From: a virus
Taxonomy: Duplodnaviria; Caudoviricetes
Virus record (IMG/VR): IMGVR_UViG_3300042562_000747
Span: 1 to 64,000 of that record
Direction: 5' to 3' (one strand)
Length of the DNA stretch: 64,000 nt
Each line of letters begins with the position of its first letter. Position 1 is the first letter of the stretch. Both the position numbers and the translations under genes were made by a program. The notes beneath the pieces are model-generated. The model ran no database searches. It saw nothing but the letters and a program-made list of their open reading frames with translations, and was not told the origin of the DNA. Below are positions 61,600 through 64,000 of this stretch, piece by piece.

Positions 61600-61852
61600 T
61601 ATTGTTTCCGTTTAATATTTTTTGGTTATTAGAAATAAGATTCTTTAAGTCTTGAAAGGTAGAGCCAACCTCATCATCCGATTCGAATGCTCCGGTTGAA
61701 TCAATTTCTTTCATAGCATTTAAAATTTGAATATAAGATTCTGTGTTAGCTGCGATTGCATCTTCGTATCTTTCTAATTTATTTAAAAGATTGTATATTC
61801 CATAACCTGCTGCGGATAAGAATATAGTTAAAATTATTATTATTAATTCCAT
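61592..61852 (-). CDS. Small N-anchored membrane protein
   Basis: N-terminal TM helix; FESDDEVG. Confidence 0.6.
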   Translation of the reverse strand: MELIIIILTIFLSAAGYGIYNLLNKLERYEDAIAANTESYIQILNAMKEIDSTGAFESDDEVGSTFQDLKNLISNNQKILNGNNNG

Positions 61853-61853
61853 A

Positions 61854-62471
61854 TTATGCTACCTCCCATCCTTGTTCTAAGTAAGTTGATAAATTCTTTT
61901 TCTTAACTGAAAGTGTTTCATTATCTTTCTTTAGGATAAATCTTTCGTTTCTACCTAATTTAGCAAATGTAGTTAATCTAACCGTTTCAGTATATTGTCT
62001 ATCTCTAATTGTCAATCCATTCAAATGGTCAATTTCATGTTGAACACAAACTGATTCTAATAAATCTACATCTCCAAATAATGCATTTATATCTTCGTGC
62101 TTTCTTTCTTTTGTAGAAAAATCTAATACATCAGGAAAGTTATCTGCTTTTACTTTAACACCATAAGAACGAACTGTCTTAATTGGTTTTTTCATTGTTT
62201 TAGGTAAAGATAAACATCCTTCAAAGTACATTATCTTTTCTTCGGTTTCTTCTACGATTGTAGGATTAACCAATACCAAAGGTTCTTCTCTAACATTGAT
62301 TACACAAATTCGTTTATTTAATCCTATTTGATTTGCACTCATACCTAACCCCTGGTGTTCGGTTACTGCGGTTAATAATGCAGCTGTTGCTAAATCTTGT
62401 TCTTCTTTTGTAAATGTTGTAGTAGGAATTGACTTTCTTAGAGCCGATGTGTCTGTTACTATTTTTATCAT
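61854..62471 (-). CDS. def: Peptide deformylase
   Basis: GLGMSANQ, EGCLS, QHEIDHLNG. Confidence 0.95.
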   Translation of the reverse strand: MIKIVTDTSALRKSIPTTTFTKEEQDLATAALLTAVTEHQGLGMSANQIGLNKRICVINVREEPLVLVNPTIVEETEEKIMYFEGCLSLPKTMKKPIKTVRSYGVKVKADNFPDVLDFSTKERKHEDINALFGDVDLLESVCVQHEIDHLNGLTIRDRQYTETVRLTTFAKLGRNERFILKKDNETLSVKKKNLSTYLEQGWEVA

Positions 62472-62489
62472 ATGTAATTGTTTATAACT

Positions 62490-62521
62490 CTAATATACAT
62501 TAAATAATTATACTTTCCAAA
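62490..62521 (-). promoter_or_regulatory. Bacteroidota-type promoter
   Basis: Coding strand TTTG-N20-TATATTAG. Confidence 0.5.
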
Positions 62522-62534
62522 TAATAATACGAAT

Positions 62535-62867
62535 TTATAATGCAAATGATTCACCACATCCGCAAGTTCGGGATGCGTTTGGATTCTCCCACGCAAACCC
62601 TTTACCATTCAATCCATCTGAATAAGTAAGTTGCGTACCAAATAAGTATAAAACTGATTTCTTATCTATTACTACTTTTAAACCACCATCGGCTTCTACT
62701 ACTTCATCCATATCGGTTATTGTAGTATCAAAGTCCATTGTGTATGATAAACCACTACACCCACCCCCTTTTACACCTACTCTTAAATTATGTGTATCTG
62801 GTGTCATTCCACTTTCCATCATTAGATTAACGACGTGAGTTAAGGCTTTTTCTGATATTGTTACCAT
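62535..62867 (-). CDS. iscA: A-type Fe-S cluster carrier (IscA/HesB)
   Basis: GGCSGLSY, NPNASRTCGCGESF. Confidence 0.95.
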   Translation of the reverse strand: MVTISEKALTHVVNLMMESGMTPDTHNLRVGVKGGGCSGLSYTMDFDTTITDMDEVVEADGGLKVVIDKKSVLYLFGTQLTYSDGLNGKGFAWENPNASRTCGCGESFAL

Positions 62868-62875
62868 ACTAATAA

Positions 62876-63532
62876 TTATATCTTTTCAAAATATCCACCA
62901 ACATCAAATTTTGATTTCATATTAATTGAACCTGCTTCGTTTGGTACAAATTTAACAGGGTCTACTAATCTAAAATCAACCGATACTCTACTTTGGCTAC
63001 TATCATTGTTTTTATTACCATGATATAAGTTTGCGCCACTAAATACTAAAATTTCACCATAGTTTACTTTATATGGTTGGTAATCACCTTTATCTGCTTT
63101 ACTTTCCATCCAAATAGTGTTTTGTTCGTTGGTATTTACAAAGGGCATCCAAAAATTTACTTCCGATGTTCCATGATTGTAAGTGCTATCTTTATGCCAT
63201 TCACCTACACCTAAATTACCTTCTGCTAATTGAACTCTAAATGTTGGAATATTCTGATAAATAATTTCATCATAACCAAACCTTTCTTTAAGTTCTTTAA
63301 CTAATTCTAAATAAGTTGGTAAGAATTGTGTTTTATATTTGTCGTAATATCTTTTATGCCAAATTGTAGATTGGTCCTTTTCTCTAACTAATAAATCATA
63401 GTGTTCTAATATATGTAAATCTTCTAATGGAATAGTATTCCCTTCCCATACTTCTAACATTTCTGAAACTATTTGTCTAAATGGATACTTTGTGGTATCG
63501 TAACTAATTTTGTAAGGTGTTTGTAAGTACAT
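62876..63532 (-). CDS. StrG-like / 2OG-Fe(II) fold oxygenase
   Basis: YQNIPTFRV, WHKD..NH..EVNFWMP, HGN..N..RVSVDFR. Confidence 0.7.
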   Translation of the reverse strand: MYLQTPYKISYDTTKYPFRQIVSEMLEVWEGNTIPLEDLHILEHYDLLVREKDQSTIWHKRYYDKYKTQFLPTYLELVKELKERFGYDEIIYQNIPTFRVQLAEGNLGVGEWHKDSTYNHGTSEVNFWMPFVNTNEQNTIWMESKADKGDYQPYKVNYGEILVFSGANLYHGNKNNDSSQSRVSVDFRLVDPVKFVPNEAGSINMKSKFDVGGYFEKI

Positions 63533-63534
63533 AA

Positions 63535-64000
63535 CTAAAATAAATTATATTGTTGTTTTAATCGTAAATCGTTTTCTCTTATTGCATGGATTTCACTATC
63601 TGCATCTAAAATATTATTTGTTACCGATAATTCACCATCTATTCTATATCCTACCAATTTGTAATTTTGTTTTCTTCTATTTCTAGCTTTTACAAATAAC
63701 CAATCATCTTGTCCCCATACTTTCATTTCTTCGGGTATTGGAGTGTAGTTTTCTTTATGAACAAATATTGCACAACCCCATCCACCGTGTCTATGTTCAA
63801 TCGGTTGTAATCCAAAACTTAAACTAGGATATGTATTGTATGGGATTTCATCTAATCCTATTAATCCAATTTCAGGTGTAATAAAATCATATAAGGTGTT
63901 CAATATCTGCCAATCCATCCAAATGTCATCATTTAGGATTAAAAGTTTATCATACTTTGCCATTTTTGCTCCTTTATTCCAAGGTGCAGTAACATATGTA
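63535..64000 (-). CDS. GT2 glycosyltransferase, 5'-truncated by the window
   Basis: The frame stays open upstream of the tracked ATG: TYVTAPWNKGAKMAKYDKLLILNDD; also GWGC, DDW. Confidence 0.8.
   Translation of the reverse strand, partial: TYVTAPWNKGAKMAKYDKLLILNDDIWMDWQILNTLYDFITPEIGLIGLDEIPYNTYPSLSFGLQPIEHRHGGWGCAIFVHKENYTPIPEEMKVWGQDDWLFVKARNRRKQNYKLVGYRIDGELSVTNNILDADSEIHAIRENDLRLKQQYNLF

Noticed and set aside
63535-63963. 142-aa ORF as a complete gene or pseudogene
   Set aside because: The frame is open to the window edge, so the tracked ATG is internal.
1-64000. Stop-codon reassignment
   Set aside because: Genes are full length under the standard code, and TAA, TGA and TAG all end genes at sensible boundaries.
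1-64000. tRNA, rRNA, introns, inteins
   Set aside because: Intergenic gaps are nearly all too short, and no cloverleaf, intein or homing endonuclease motifs were noticed by eye.

Overview
AT-rich segment of a large myovirus-type (probably jumbo) phage genome. Essentially all real genes lie on the - strand and are tightly coupled by TAATG/ATGA overlaps. In transcription order (right to left): GT2 fragment, StrG-like oxygenase, IscA, peptide deformylase, a phage sigma factor and a NodU-type carbamoyltransferase; a baseplate/tail block (gp5-like spike, CHAP hydrolase, gp25, gp6, wedge and collar proteins); a Holliday junction resolvase, primase and fused Mre11-Rad50; a tail fibre with chaperones; a ~25 kb glycan synthesis/modification island (three GT7 enzymes with an inserted LamG domain, GT2/GT-B enzymes, NDP-sugar SDRs, RmlC, a split TPP enzyme, radical SAMs, 2OG oxygenases, SGNH proteins, a methyltransferase); a 1385-aa multi-enzyme protein; and the start of the terminase large subunit. 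Two promoter classes can be read by eye: Bacteroidota-type TTTG-N20-TAnnTTTG, which suggests the host phylum, and a putative late motif ATA(T/C/A)TTAT(A/T) on the coding strand, the reverse complement of the T4 late promoter. All calls come from motif recognition only; no searches were run.
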